DNA of 64,000 bases from an uncultured Fidelibacterota bacterium (GCA_937888365.1 CALBFA010000101.1:54035-118034), one strand, 5' to 3'; positions 40,404-49,758 are shown, counted from the first letter of the stretch. A program made the numbers and translations. The notes: generated from the sequence alone by a model not told the origin.

Positions 40404-40826
40404 CTATTCATTGTCAAAACCAAAACCAGAGAATCTTCCAGTTTCAGTATCAAATATAATTTCGTTACCAGCGCCTTGTTTCATTTCTTCAGTACTTGTA
40501 GCCGTAATTTGACTAGGGGGATTTTCGCCACCACCACCAACAAGAACAAATGTCCAAGATTTTTTCGTCGCTCTGTTTATTTGCAAATAGCGGGGTTCCA
40601 GTTGTGCTTCGACATCTTCAGGATAGGTACCCATATCTTGATAATACATTTGTGATGCATTCATGATGGCGCCAATTGTGGCTTGAGCTTCTGAGGCATA
40701 GGCACTTTTTACGTATTGTTGATAAATTGGGAAAGCAACTGCAGCCAATACAGCTACAATTATAACGACGACAAGGACTTCGATAAGTGTGAAGCCTTTA
40801 TTGTTGCTTCTGAGTGTGTGTTTCAT
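40404..40826 (-). CDS. pilA: Type IV major pilin PilA-like
   Basis: KG-FTLIEVLVVVIIVAVLAAVAFP prepilin leader with Glu5. 140 aa. GAGGAG Shine-Dalgarno site. Confidence 0.8.
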   Translation of the reverse strand: MKHTLRSNNKGFTLIEVLVVVIIVAVLAAVAFPIYQQYVKSAYASEAQATIGAIMNASQMYYQDMGTYPEDVEAQLEPRYLQINRATKKSWTFVLVGGGGENPPSQITATSTEEMKQGAGNEIIFDTETGRFSGFGFDNE

Positions 40827-40965
40827 TTTTTCTCCTCAAATAATTTAATATCTATTGTTGCTCCATTGTGGGCACAAAGTAAACGTCTCCTCCTTGCTGC
40901 CAATAGCTTAAAGATTTTTCGAGATAAAGAAATTATAACAAAACGTCAAACAATCTAACATTTAG
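40827..40965 (-). promoter_or_regulatory. Promoter/5'UTR module, copy A: extended -10 (TGTTATAAT) plus a conserved ~100-nt leader upstream of pilA
   Basis: Minus-strand TTGTTATAAT lies at plus coordinates 40932-40941. The conserved leader is ~85% identical to 43005-43145. Confidence 0.5.
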
Positions 40966-41127
40966 CTCAACGGTAAATGTAATAAAAGTCACTTCGATTA
41001 GTGGAATCAAGCAAAGACGGATTTTTAGCCCTACATTAATCCTTGAATTCTCACATATTCAGTGGAAATAATTAAAGGCATCAGCATTTTTACAGAGGAT
41101 TAAGCAAATGAGAAAGATGGAATAATG

Positions 41128-41154
41128 AAAAAAAGCCCCATATGATAATGAGGC
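41128..41154 (-). terminator. Rho-independent terminator after the GLUG-repeat gene
   Basis: On the minus strand, hairpin GCCTCAT-TATCAT-ATGGGGC with one G-U pair, followed by T7. Confidence 0.55.
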
Positions 41155-41183
41155 CTGATAATCTTTTATTAATGCTACAAATA

Positions 41184-43004
41184 TTACTTAATTAATGCAA
41201 TCTCTCGTGTTTGTACATTATTACCCATGCGAATACTTAAGAAGTAGAGACCCGAGCTTAAATTCGCTGTGTTAACGATATGGCTATATTCGCCTGGACT
41301 CATTTCTTGGTCAAAAATAAGTTGAACTTGTCGACCCGTAATGTCATAAATAGACGCTGTAACAAGCATCGTTTCATTGAGTGTAAATGGAAGTGTAAAC
41401 GCTGCGTTGAAAGGGTTTGGATAGGTATGACCCAATGCAAATTCCTTACTTACAAACGTTTGGTCGATAGGTAATGTATTATCGGCACCTGATTGCCAAG
41501 ATAAAATCATATAACCATCATTCACCGTAGCAAGCTGATCAGCATCCCAATAATTATTAGTGCCATTGGCCGTTTCGCTTACAAAATCCCATCCAGCCGC
41601 AAGAAATGTCAAATAATCTTTCATTTCAGCTGTTGTTTTTCCTGTACCGCCGTCACTTGTCATCTTACCTGATGTCTCAACATCCCAGAAAGAATAACGC
41701 GTCGTTGTGGTTGAAAAATTACTACCACCAACGAGACCACCTACGCGAGAACTTTGCCCACTGACAGCGCCAGTACTATAGCAATAATTTATATTTGATG
41801 ATGTATAATGACGCCCGATAAAGCCGCCTACATAGTCGTTTCCTGTTACAGAACCTGTGCTGTAGGAATTATTGACCGTTGAATATGAATTATATCCGAC
41901 TAAACCGCCGATATTATTGCCACCGGCAACAACATTGCCGCTGTTAAATGATTTGCTTGTTGTAGAAGCTGAACTATAGCCGATAAGTCCACCTACAAAG
42001 TTCATCCCGGTTACATTACGTGAACTTGAACAATTCGAAAGATCCCCACCGCCTTCACTATTACCGACGAGTCCCCCTATATAATCACCACCGACTAGGA
42101 TTCCTGAACTTGAGCAAGCAGTTAAAGTACCATTATTATCATTGAGACCCACAATACCACCGACATAATTACTATTACCTGTTACAGTATTGTTGCTGTA
42201 ACTATTTTGAATCGTTGAGCCAGAATAGTTGAGTCCTACTAAACCACCCACATAATCACCACTTCCTAATACTGAGCCACTCGCATGCGAATAACTAATG
42301 ACGGATGAATAACTGTTGTCACCCGCTAGCCCACCAATATAACGACCGCTTCCGTTAACATACCCCGAGCTCAACGAACTATTTATAGTGGATGATGAAT
42401 TATAACCAACCAGTCCTCCGATATAGTCATTCCCGAGGATCACTCCATAGCAATGAGAATGATCGATTGTCGATGAAGCATAATTTCGACCCACCAATCC
42501 ACCAACATAATTATGCCCCGTAACGTTGATGTTCATGAGTACGACATCCTCAATTGTTGCACCACTTAAATATCCAAAAAAACCAACGAAATTGCTTGAA
42601 GCTCTATTAATTGTCACGTCTAGAATGGTATCGTTTTGCCCGTAATAGAAACCTGTAAAAAGGGTACTGCCGTTTCCTAGGGGCGCAAATCCCTCATTCA
42701 ATCCAGTATCTGTTGCATCATTAGGATCATTATATTTATCATTATCACTATTGTCATCAATGTCATCCCAAAATTGAGTAATCGATGCATCGATAGTCCC
42801 CGATTGTTTATATGCTTTATCCCAAGCACTTGGATTTTGAGTAAGCCAGCTTAAATGGCCCATTGTCGAGATTATGTATGGATTGCTGACCGCATCATAT
42901 GCTGAATTTACATCTTCTAAAGATGGTTGAACCGCAATAACTTGCGCTTGAACGAGGTTCGATAAGCTCATAATTAAAATCAATAACAGAATCATTCTTT
43001 TCAT
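41184..43004 (-). CDS. GLUG-motif beta-helical repeat protein with a T9SS C-terminal sorting domain
   Basis: Signal peptide MKRMILLLILIMSLSNLVQA. About ten ~19-aa repeats of the Y-[IV]-G-G-L-[VA]-G form. The C-terminal YPNPFNAAFTLPF...GLYFLSIRMG is a type A T9SS C-terminal domain. Confidence 0.65.
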   Translation of the reverse strand: MKRMILLLILIMSLSNLVQAQVIAVQPSLEDVNSAYDAVSNPYIISTMGHLSWLTQNPSAWDKAYKQSGTIDASITQFWDDIDDNSDNDKYNDPNDATDTGLNEGFAPLGNGSTLFTGFYYGQNDTILDVTINRASSNFVGFFGYLSGATIEDVVLMNINVTGHNYVGGLVGRNYASSTIDHSHCYGVILGNDYIGGLVGYNSSSTINSSLSSGYVNGSGRYIGGLAGDNSYSSVISYSHASGSVLGSGDYVGGLVGLNYSGSTIQNSYSNNTVTGNSNYVGGIVGLNDNNGTLTACSSSGILVGGDYIGGLVGNSEGGGDLSNCSSSRNVTGMNFVGGLIGYSSASTTSKSFNSGNVVAGGNNIGGLVGYNSYSTVNNSYSTGSVTGNDYVGGFIGRHYTSSNINYCYSTGAVSGQSSRVGGLVGGSNFSTTTTRYSFWDVETSGKMTSDGGTGKTTAEMKDYLTFLAAGWDFVSETANGTNNYWDADQLATVNDGYMILSWQSGADNTLPIDQTFVSKEFALGHTYPNPFNAAFTLPFTLNETMLVTASIYDITGRQVQLIFDQEMSPGEYSHIVNTANLSSGLYFLSIRMGNNVQTREIALIK

Positions 43005-43145
43005 GTTTGTTCCTCAAATAATTTAATATCTATTGCACTTCATTGTGGGCACAAAGTAAACGACTCCTCGTTGCTGCCAATATCTTTAAGATTTTTTGAG
43101 ATAAAGAAATTATAACAAAATATCTGACCATTTAGCATTGAGCTT
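43005..43145 (-). promoter_or_regulatory. Promoter/5'UTR module, copy B: extended -10 plus the conserved leader upstream of the GLUG gene
   Basis: Minus-strand TGTTATAAT lies at plus coordinates 43109-43117. Near-identical to copy A. Confidence 0.5.
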
Positions 43146-43373
43146 TATAATAGATGTAACTCAAATCACGCAAATACGCGAACAATAGTATCTCAATTTA
43201 CATTTTTCATAATCAATTCTATTGTATAAAAGGACTTCAACGAAATCAATATTTTTGTAAATATAAGGTAGCTTGTCTAGTCTTGCAGAATGCGTTTTTA
43301 ACTTTATGTTTGCGGGCAATGCAAAGGCAAACTCCTAAAGCAAAATCATTCGTCACTATTGACCGTTTAAACC

Positions 43374-45416
43374 ATGAAAGTTCCTAAAATGAAAAATTTT
43401 CATAAAATCAATCTCATTATACTTTTTACATTCACACTTGTTTTTAGCCAAGAATTAGGCATTGAATGGAAACATCCTAAACAAGAATCTAAACTTTGGT
43501 TTAGACAGGTTGAAATAGCTTTTAATACGGAAGCCAACGCTCAAGTTACTATTTTAGACAGCACGTTTAAAGCAGATGAAGCTGGATTATATCGCCATGT
43601 TTATAATTTGGAGACTTCAGACGGATTTATTCCTGTTCGACTCGAATCAAAAGGTAAATCTTATGAGGAGATTCTGCACGTTTACTTTATGATCAATGAT
43701 GAAAAACCTGATTCAATCTATATTAATAATAACATACCAAGTGATGGCCACATTCATTTTGTATATCCACAAAATGATGACTTATTTTATGGAAATCAAG
43801 TTGGATTGAGAGCTTATACACATCCAAAGGCTGAAGTTTATTTAGAGGGGAATCCTATACCTGTTTTCCCCTCAGGTGCTTTAACAACCGTTCTCCAATT
43901 TAACAAAGGTGTTAACACCTTTGTTTTCACGAGTCTTTTGAATGACGTAGAACTATCGGACACATTAACAATTACGCAACCAGAACCACATCAAAGTGAC
44001 GCTAGAAAAGAGATGTGGCCGAATTCTCGTAATATTCTGTGGCGCAAAGCGGGTTCCAACCTCCCTATCAAAATTTATTGGGAGAAATCTAAAAAGCTTT
44101 CCTTCCGTATAAAAGGACTCACTAATTGGATCAAGTTCAATGAAAACCTATTTAATAAAGGTGAATATCTTGGTGAAATTCTGCTCCCTCTAGGAATAGA
44201 GCCGAAAACGTATGTCATTCAATTTAGAGATGATGAGGGTCTTTTCTCAAGAAAATTACCCAAACGTTACTTTAAATCATTAAAAATTATGGATCATGTT
44301 TATCATGGTCGGACCTCTGTTGATGATTCTCGCGTGTATGATCAAGAAGATGGAAATCAACTAATACTCCCTCTGAACAAAGACATAGATTTAGCAATTG
44401 AGGGTCGAGTTGGGCATTATTATCGTGTTTTATTGGATGAAAATCGTCATGGCTATATCAATATCAATCAGGTCGAGATTGTGTCTCATAATCCACCCCC
44501 AATAGTCACATTAGGTTCTCTTGAGGGTCAAATTCAGGAGGATTGGGAAGTGTATCGCATGTCGGTGGGTTCGAATCATCCCCCTTATGAAATTCGTGAA
44601 TACCTAAACCCCACTCGCGTAGAGCTAACTTTTTATGGCGCTAAACAAGGCTGGGAATGGACAAAATATGCTGAGGAAAATGATGTTGTTGAAACAATCG
44701 AACGCTATCAAGTATCTGATCGCATTTGGAAAATGACGTTCACGACTAAAAATAAACAATTATGGGGATGGTATGGACATTATGAAGGAGATTTTTTTGT
44801 TGTCGGTATCCGAAAACCACCTGTCATAAATCCTACTGCTGTTTTTGAAGGCATCCGATTCGAAATTGATCCTGGCCATGGCGGTTGGGAACGCGGCGCT
44901 TTAGGTGTTAGTGGTTATGGTGAAGCAGATGCAAATTTGCGATATACAATGATGATTAAAAGACTACTTGAAGATGCAGGCGCGACGGTTTTTATGACGA
45001 GAGAAGATGACCGACAACTCAGTCTCAACGAAAGAGCAGAAAAATCGGTGTCTGATAGTATACACATTTTTATTATGGCTCACAATAACGCCCCGGCAAC
45101 AAGTACTGATTTAATGACGGTTCGAGGGTCATCAACCTATTACACTTGGCCAAGTTCTAAGCCTCTTTGCGACACGACGTATCCATATTTGTTGGGTATG
45201 GGTTTGCCAGCAAATGGTAAAGTTACGCGATATTATTACTATTTAACGCGTCAAACAGAATACCTGATTTTCCTTATAGAAGGCGGATATATGACGCATC
45301 CAGACGATGAACTTTTCCTTTTATCAAATGAAGGATTAGACGCTTTAGCAAACGCCACTGTTAACGGGATACAGGATTTTTTAAAATCTCAAATAGAAAA
45401 AAAGAAAGCAAATTAG
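43374..45416 (+). CDS. N-acetylmuramoyl-L-alanine amidase (Amidase_3) family protein with a large N-terminal domain
   Basis: Signal peptide. C-terminal Amidase_3 motifs FEIDPGHGG, GALGVSGYGEADANL and ESV-type FIMAHNNA. Confidence 0.7.
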   Translation: MKVPKMKNFHKINLIILFTFTLVFSQELGIEWKHPKQESKLWFRQVEIAFNTEANAQVTILDSTFKADEAGLYRHVYNLETSDGFIPVRLESKGKSYEEILHVYFMINDEKPDSIYINNNIPSDGHIHFVYPQNDDLFYGNQVGLRAYTHPKAEVYLEGNPIPVFPSGALTTVLQFNKGVNTFVFTSLLNDVELSDTLTITQPEPHQSDARKEMWPNSRNILWRKAGSNLPIKIYWEKSKKLSFRIKGLTNWIKFNENLFNKGEYLGEILLPLGIEPKTYVIQFRDDEGLFSRKLPKRYFKSLKIMDHVYHGRTSVDDSRVYDQEDGNQLILPLNKDIDLAIEGRVGHYYRVLLDENRHGYININQVEIVSHNPPPIVTLGSLEGQIQEDWEVYRMSVGSNHPPYEIREYLNPTRVELTFYGAKQGWEWTKYAEENDVVETIERYQVSDRIWKMTFTTKNKQLWGWYGHYEGDFFVVGIRKPPVINPTAVFEGIRFEIDPGHGGWERGALGVSGYGEADANLRYTMMIKRLLEDAGATVFMTREDDRQLSLNERAEKSVSDSIHIFIMAHNNAPATSTDLMTVRGSSTYYTWPSSKPLCDTTYPYLLGMGLPANGKVTRYYYYLTRQTEYLIFLIEGGYMTHPDDELFLLSNEGLDALANATVNGIQDFLKSQIEKKKAN

Positions 45417-45509
45417 GATCGACGAATTACCATTTTAAATGAATCTTATTTAATTAAGTTGACGACCAATGAAAAACAATGACTCACACCTCTGGAGGAA
45501 ATTTTAGGA

Positions 45510-46997
45510 ATGCGAATTACCACTCAATCATTTGATACTCTCAAAGATTTAGATATCTATACTATCGGCCTTTTCGAAGGCGAAGATTTATCCGAAAAGC
45601 ATCAACTTGTAGATGCAGCCTGTAATGGTCAACTCTCTTACGCCTTAAAAGAAGACAGCTTTAAAGCAAAACTCAATAAGAAGATGTTACTTTATACTAG
45701 TGGGAGCACCGTTTTTAAGCGATTGCTTGTTATTGGTTTAGGTAAGAGAGACGAATACACGACTGATAAATGTCGTCAAGTTGCTGCCACAGCGGTAAAA
45801 GAATTGATTTCTTTAAAAAAAGAAAATGTAGCGAGCGAGTATCTTGGTGGCCCGGCTTTAGGTAAAGATTTCGTCAATGTCTTAGTAGAAGGTTTTGGGA
45901 TGGGTGCTTATACCTTTAACCATTACAAATCGAAAGATGAAGAAAATCCTGAGTTTGTACTTGAGCACATCATTTTAAGCTGCAAGCACGACATCCAGAG
46001 CTCAATTAAGAAAGGTCTCACAACTGCAAAAGCTGTCAATACCGCTCGAGATTTAGGCAATCATCCTGGAAATGTAGCGACCCCTACATACCTTGCAAAT
46101 GCAGCGTCAGAGATTGCTAAAGCGCCTAATTTTAAGTTGACAATCTTTAATAGAGAAGATTTTGAAAAAATGGGTTTCGGCGGCATCAAGGGTGTTAGTG
46201 ATGGGTCAGACGAACCACCAAAGTTTATTATTATGCATTATACAGGCGACGAAAAAGATGGCAAAACACTTGGTCTCGTTGGAAAAGGTCTCACGTTTGA
46301 TTCAGGTGGTATTTCGATAAAACCTCCAGCCAGTATGGACGAGATGAAATTTGACATGCTTGGCGGAGCAGCCGTATTAGGCATCATGCAGGCCGTTGCA
46401 ACGATGCAGCCAAAACTAAATATTGTGGCAATTGTACCCTCTACGGAAAACCTGTTAGGGGCAAAAGCATACAAGCCGGGTGATATTCTAAAAGCGTATA
46501 ATGGTAAAACGATAGAGGTTTTAAATACAGATGCAGAGGGTCGTCTTATTCTCGCTGATGCATTATCCTATCTAACAGAAAATTTTAAAGTTGATGGACT
46601 GGTTGATTTTGCAACGCTGACCGGCGCCGTTGTTGTTGGTTTAGGCCATCGTTATAGTGCCGTTATTAGTAATAATCAAGATTTTGCTGACGAGATTAAA
46701 AGTGTCTCCGATTTTACACACGATAAAGTCTGGCAATTACCTCTTGATGAAGACTTTACAGAAGATATTAAAAGCAAGATTGCCGACGTTAAAAACACGG
46801 GGAATGGTCGAGCAGCGGGTGCTATAACAGCCGGAGCTTTTTTACAAGAATTTGTTAAAAAAGGGACTCCATGGTGCCACATTGATATCGCGGGTTCGGG
46901 ATGGAACAAAAGCGGTAAGTCCTATAATCCAGATGGTCCAACAGGTGTGGGTGTTCGACTTATCTTAGAACTAATCGATCGCTGGAAAAAAGAGTAA
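45510..46997 (+). CDS. pepA: Leucyl aminopeptidase (M17 family)
   Basis: M17 signature NTDAEGRL and VGKGLTFDSGG. GGAGG Shine-Dalgarno site. Confidence 0.9.
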   Translation: MRITTQSFDTLKDLDIYTIGLFEGEDLSEKHQLVDAACNGQLSYALKEDSFKAKLNKKMLLYTSGSTVFKRLLVIGLGKRDEYTTDKCRQVAATAVKELISLKKENVASEYLGGPALGKDFVNVLVEGFGMGAYTFNHYKSKDEENPEFVLEHIILSCKHDIQSSIKKGLTTAKAVNTARDLGNHPGNVATPTYLANAASEIAKAPNFKLTIFNREDFEKMGFGGIKGVSDGSDEPPKFIIMHYTGDEKDGKTLGLVGKGLTFDSGGISIKPPASMDEMKFDMLGGAAVLGIMQAVATMQPKLNIVAIVPSTENLLGAKAYKPGDILKAYNGKTIEVLNTDAEGRLILADALSYLTENFKVDGLVDFATLTGAVVVGLGHRYSAVISNNQDFADEIKSVSDFTHDKVWQLPLDEDFTEDIKSKIADVKNTGNGRAAGAITAGAFLQEFVKKGTPWCHIDIAGSGWNKSGKSYNPDGPTGVGVRLILELIDRWKKE

Positions 46998-47008
46998 AAG
47001 AGCTTATT

Positions 47009-48091
47009 ATGAATAGAATACACTTAGCAGTTGATGCCATGGGCGGCGATTTCGCTCCCAAAGTTATCATAGAGGGCGTCATTAATTCCCTTAGAAAAGC
47101 GAATCTAGAATATCAAAATGATTTAAGCGTGACGCTGGTTGGCGATGAAGCAAAAATTCTCTCCTACCTTGAAAAGCACTCTGATATTCGAAAACAAATA
47201 AAAATTCACCACACGGATCAAGCTATTCCAATGGATGCGAAACCAAAAGATGCTATTATCAAATTCCCAAAAGCATCTATGATTGAAGCCGCTAAATTGG
47301 TCGCAAATAAAGAAGCGGATGCACTCATTTCCGCTGGAAATACAGGCGCTTTAGTATTGTCATCAGCGCAACAAATTCCGCGCATTAAAGGAGTGCATCG
47401 TACAGCTCTAGCTGCCGTTTATCCTACCAAAAATGAACTTAAACGAAGAGATCGTTTTTCGTTGATACTTGACGTCGGTGCAAATGTTTTTGTTGAAAGC
47501 GAACATCTCGTTCATTTTGCCCTCATGGGCGCTGCTTATGCAAAAGAGATTAAAAACATTGAATTACCTACCGTAGCTCTATTAAATATGGGAGCGGAAT
47601 CGAATAAAGGTGGTGAGCGTTACACAAATGCTTATGAAATCTTATCCTCCCTTCCGGACTTAAATTTCATCGGGAATATCGAAGGTAATGATTTGATGCG
47701 GGGTGTTGCAGATGTTGTTGTCACCGAAGGTTTTATTGGAAATATTGCCATAAAAACCATGGAAGGCGCCGCAGAAACGGTGATGGGACTGGGTAAATAC
47801 GCATTTAAGAAAAACTTTATTTGGAAAATGGGACTTATCTTTCTTTCCTCAGGGATTAAAGGTTTAAAGCGCATCACAGACTATCAAGAATACGGTGGTG
47901 CTCCGATTCTTGGCCTCGAACGGCTCGTTTTAAAATGTCATGGGAAATCAACTTCCTTAGCCATTGAAAACGCCCTTACGCTTACTATTAAAGCTGTTCG
48001 TGATGATTTAACCGGCAATATGCAACGTGCGATTTCAGCATTTGAAAATGAATTTACAAGACCAGAATTTGATAAGGTTCCAGGATATTGA
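47009..48091 (+). CDS. plsX: Phosphate acyltransferase PlsX
   Basis: N-terminus RIHLAVDAMGGDFAP and the PlsX fold. Confidence 0.85.
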   Translation: MNRIHLAVDAMGGDFAPKVIIEGVINSLRKANLEYQNDLSVTLVGDEAKILSYLEKHSDIRKQIKIHHTDQAIPMDAKPKDAIIKFPKASMIEAAKLVANKEADALISAGNTGALVLSSAQQIPRIKGVHRTALAAVYPTKNELKRRDRFSLILDVGANVFVESEHLVHFALMGAAYAKEIKNIELPTVALLNMGAESNKGGERYTNAYEILSSLPDLNFIGNIEGNDLMRGVADVVVTEGFIGNIAIKTMEGAAETVMGLGKYAFKKNFIWKMGLIFLSSGIKGLKRITDYQEYGGAPILGLERLVLKCHGKSTSLAIENALTLTIKAVRDDLTGNMQRAISAFENEFTRPEFDKVPGY

Positions 48092-48097
48092 CGTAAT

Positions 48098-48535
48098 ATG
48101 AAAAACCAAATCAACATTAATCGCGTCGCCATATTAGTAGTTCTGTTGTTGTGTACAAGTCCCTTTGCTTTTGGACAGGCTCTTGATGATCATGATTTGA
48201 TTTTACAAACGCAAGACATCCTTCGACACAATGGCATTAATATTGGCAATACGGGTATCCGTATTCAAAATTTAAATGATAAACGAAGCTTAGTCATAAA
48301 TTTAAGTGGACGACGAACGATCATTGTCGATATGGTTTACAATACGTTTTATAATGTTGGCGGGGTTATACAAAAGGCAAAAGAGCCTATTGATCAAATT
48401 GTTATCAATGCATCTGCTCAATACAAAGGAACAGAAACATACTATTTTCAAGCATTGGCGAAACATGTTGAACAACTCTATAATAGGACCATATCAGCCG
48501 ATGAATTCATCAATAATTGTTTAATAATAAGATAG
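48098..48535 (+). CDS. Secreted hypothetical protein (cassette copy 1, gene A)
   Basis: Signal peptide. Paralog of 48861-49301 at roughly 35-40% identity, with shared blocks VINLSGRRTIIVD and IVINASAQYKGTETYYF. Confidence 0.55.
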   Translation: MKNQININRVAILVVLLLCTSPFAFGQALDDHDLILQTQDILRHNGINIGNTGIRIQNLNDKRSLVINLSGRRTIIVDMVYNTFYNVGGVIQKAKEPIDQIVINASAQYKGTETYYFQALAKHVEQLYNRTISADEFINNCLIIR

Positions 48536-48547
48536 GAGAGACATTTT

Positions 48548-48841
48548 ATGAACGGAACACTTAGGAAATTAAGTTTAACTTTGTTTTTAATCCCAAGCTT
48601 TCTTTTAGCTGCTTCACCCTTTGAAACATCTATTTGGATGCGCTATTTAGAAGGAATTGGATGGGCCATTGCGGCTTCAATCGGTTTTTCAGTTGGAGTT
48701 GCGATAGCGATTAAAGTCTTTGATTGGTTCTCAAGCGATATTGATGAGTGGGAAGAAATTTCGAAAGGCAATTGGAGCGTCGCGATGATTCACGTAGCAC
48801 TCATTGTCATGATAGGTTTACTTGTATTTAAAGTCATCTAA
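48548..48841 (+). CDS. Small two-TM membrane protein, DUF350-like (cassette copy 1, gene B)
   Basis: 97 aa with the motif KVFDWFSSDIDEWEEISKGNWSVAMIHVALIVMIGLLV. About 90% identical to 49314-49607. Confidence 0.6.
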   Translation: MNGTLRKLSLTLFLIPSFLLAASPFETSIWMRYLEGIGWAIAASIGFSVGVAIAIKVFDWFSSDIDEWEEISKGNWSVAMIHVALIVMIGLLVFKVI

Positions 48842-48860
48842 TTAACAACATGGGACATTT

Positions 48861-49301
48861 ATGAAATCTTCAAAATTAAGTATTTTTCTAATTTCTTTAT
48901 CGGTTTTTAGCTTTTTGTTGCCAAATGTTGCATTAGGACAAGAATACGATGACTACCAAATTATTACACATTCAAAAGAAGCACTCCAAAAACTAGGGCG
49001 CAGTATTGATGCTCCAAAAATGGAGATTCAAACATCGGCTGAAAAGGGACGTGTTTTAGTTATAAATGTAACAGGTAGACGTACTTTATTGATGGAAATA
49101 GCCTATAAAGCGTTTTTAGCAGGTGCTTCCGTTATTAAAGATGCTAAAAATCCTATAAACGAAATTGTCGTTATTGCATCTGCACAATATAAAAATGTAG
49201 AAACATTCTACTTTTCGTCTACGGCAGCTTGCTCAATTGATTTATTTAATCGTCTTATATCAATTGAAAAATTCACATCAGATTGTATTAATATTAACTA
49301 A
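48861..49301 (+). CDS. Secreted hypothetical protein (cassette copy 2, gene A)
   Basis: Signal peptide. Diverged paralog of 48098-48535. Confidence 0.55.
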   Translation: MKSSKLSIFLISLSVFSFLLPNVALGQEYDDYQIITHSKEALQKLGRSIDAPKMEIQTSAEKGRVLVINVTGRRTLLMEIAYKAFLAGASVIKDAKNPINEIVVIASAQYKNVETFYFSSTAACSIDLFNRLISIEKFTSDCININ

Positions 49302-49313
49302 TAAAGGAATATT

Positions 49314-49607
49314 ATGAAAATTCTAACAAAGAAAATGGTCGCTTTATTATTTTTCCTACCAACATTTTTGATGGCTGCTTCTCCCTTTGAGAAATCAATT
49401 TGGGTCAGCTATTTAGAGGGTATCGGCTGGGCTATTGCTGCTTCAATTGGTTTTTCGATTGGTGTCGCCATTGCTATCAAGGTTTTTGATTGGTTCTCCT
49501 CAGATATCGATGAATGGGAAGAAATTAAAAAAGGGAATTGGAGTGTTGCCATGATTCATGTAGCACTTATCGTTATGATTGGATTACTTGTTTACAAAGT
49601 AATTTAA
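49314..49607 (+). CDS. Small two-TM membrane protein, DUF350-like (cassette copy 2, gene B)
   Basis: 97 aa, about 90% amino-acid identity to 48548-48841. Most nucleotide differences are synonymous. Confidence 0.6.
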   Translation: MKILTKKMVALLFFLPTFLMAASPFEKSIWVSYLEGIGWAIAASIGFSIGVAIAIKVFDWFSSDIDEWEEIKKGNWSVAMIHVALIVMIGLLVYKVI

Positions 49608-49680
49608 CTGAGATTTTTCACCTTTTTTCGTATTGCCAAGGGGATAACACTCGTATATCTTCGCGGGCTTTCAAAAAAGT

Positions 49681-49754
49681 GGCAGGGTAGCTCAGTCGGT
49701 TAGAGCGCAGGCTTCATAAGTCTGATGTCGGCGGTTCAAGTCCGCCCCCCGCTA
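49681..49754 (+). tRNA. tRNA with a CAU anticodon (tRNA-Met elongator, or tRNA-Ile2 if lysidine-modified). CCA is not encoded.
   Basis: D-arm GCTCAGTCGGTTAGAGC, anticodon stem-loop CAGGC-TTCATAA-GTCTG, T-arm GGCGG-TTCAAGT-CCGCC, acceptor GGCAGGG/CCCCGCT with an A4-C69 mismatch, discriminator A. Confidence 0.85.
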
Positions 49755-49758
49755 CAAA

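Noticed and set aside
40827-40965. Sigma54 (-24/-12) promoter in the pilA leader
   Set aside because: TGGCAG is present on the coding strand, but no GC (TTGC) element follows at the correct spacing. An extended -10 sigma70-type element fits better.
49608-49680. Promoter for the tRNA (TTGCCA ... TATATC)
   Set aside because: Spacing is only 15 bp and the -10 match is weak. Not reported as a feature.
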